Below are positions 63,326-64,000 of a stretch of 64,000 nucleotides of DNA, piece by piece. The DNA is taken from NCBI GenBank assembly GCA_040285825.1, contig JAUPSS010000004.1:2708550-2772549 (forward strand), in the 5' to 3' direction. The DNA comes from Eukaryota sp. TZLM1-RC. Taxonomy: Eukaryota > Protista > Metamonada: BaSk clade. The notes below the pieces were generated by a model that had not been told where the DNA came from, did not search any database, and was given only the letters and a program-made list of their open reading frames with translations. The stretch's first letter is position 1. Each line of letters opens with the position of its first letter. A program made the translations under genes and the position numbers.

Positions 63326-64000
63326 AAACAAATCGTCAATACCTTGTAGACAATGGTTCAAATCTGATTTTAACTGATAAAAAAACAACATCGAAGGTGC
63401 AGTCCGTTTGCTTTCCGGAGGGTCAATTGTTATCTAATTGAAACAATTCATCTACAGAATTCTGGACCCAATAATCGACAATATGTTCAATAATCCTACT
63501 TCTGCCATCAATGAATTTTTCATGCTTAATGTATTCTATGTCCCTTTGTTTTTCTTTGCTCGGTTCTTTAGGTAAGACTGTCCCAACTTTTTTGAAAATT
63601 TCAGTGTAGTTGTAAAGGAAAGGACAGCAATAATTTTCAATCGTATTTTCAGGCAAATCAGAAGTGTGTGTACATTTGACAAGGAATATGGTGAAATTGA
63701 TTGTTGATTCACTCATTTCCAGTCGTCGATTTTCAAAACCTTTGGTAAAAATATGATTCGATGTTGGAGAGCAGATTTTGTAAACGTTGTGCTGTAGTTG
63801 TGTATTTGATTGTCATGATTTTAATCATAGATTCAAAATCATAGAAACCCTTGAAAGCTCAGCGTCTCAGTCAACATACATCAACGACATTCAATCTAAA
63901 TTCGCTAAATTGAATAAAAAACAGGAGGAAGTACAGTGCCGTCAAGCATTTAAGGCTCTTTCCCGTGATTTCCAAATCGAAATAAATCCTTTTTCTTGAT

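Noticed and set aside
63787-64000. Possible pre-RT segment of another retroelement
   Set aside because: Only a weak resemblance (CRQAFKAL) and cut by the window edge.

Overview
AT-rich eukaryotic genomic DNA from a flagellated protist. The flagellum is inferred from a CCDC151/ODAD3 gene; genes are compact and appear intron-free, with ordinary TAA/TAG/TGA stops. The window is dominated by mobile DNA. (1) Many 5'-truncated non-LTR retrotransposons with RT, a zinc knuckle and a restriction-like endonuclease (CRE-like), from at least five sub-families. Several are nested with clear TSDs, and part of them lie in a ~8.26-kb tandem array of about 2.5 units (3.2-23.8 kb). (2) An internally deleted hAT element. 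(3) Four degenerate Fanzor (eukaryotic TnpB-like) copies from three divergent families. The three Fanzors whose 3' ends are inside the window are each followed by a strongly structured omegaRNA-like region that ends in the same motif, ...AATT(T)(CC)CACAG. For one of them the predicted guide matches a paralogous site inside this window. The tandem array carries two copies of an intact-looking, intron-containing tRNA gene with anticodon UUA (ochre-suppressor type, Gln-like body), although the long host genes use TAA as a stop. Host genes or pseudogenes: BEACH-WD40-FYVE, a Crinkler-type NTPase-REase, CCDC151, AMPK-beta, Bax inhibitor-1, CUE-Smr, a saposin-like peptide, BTB and DXO/Rai1. A segmental duplication links 44.7-48.3 kb with 53.4-60.2 kb. 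Many frameshifts lie in homopolymers and could be assembly errors. All family calls come from motif recognition by eye, with no database search.
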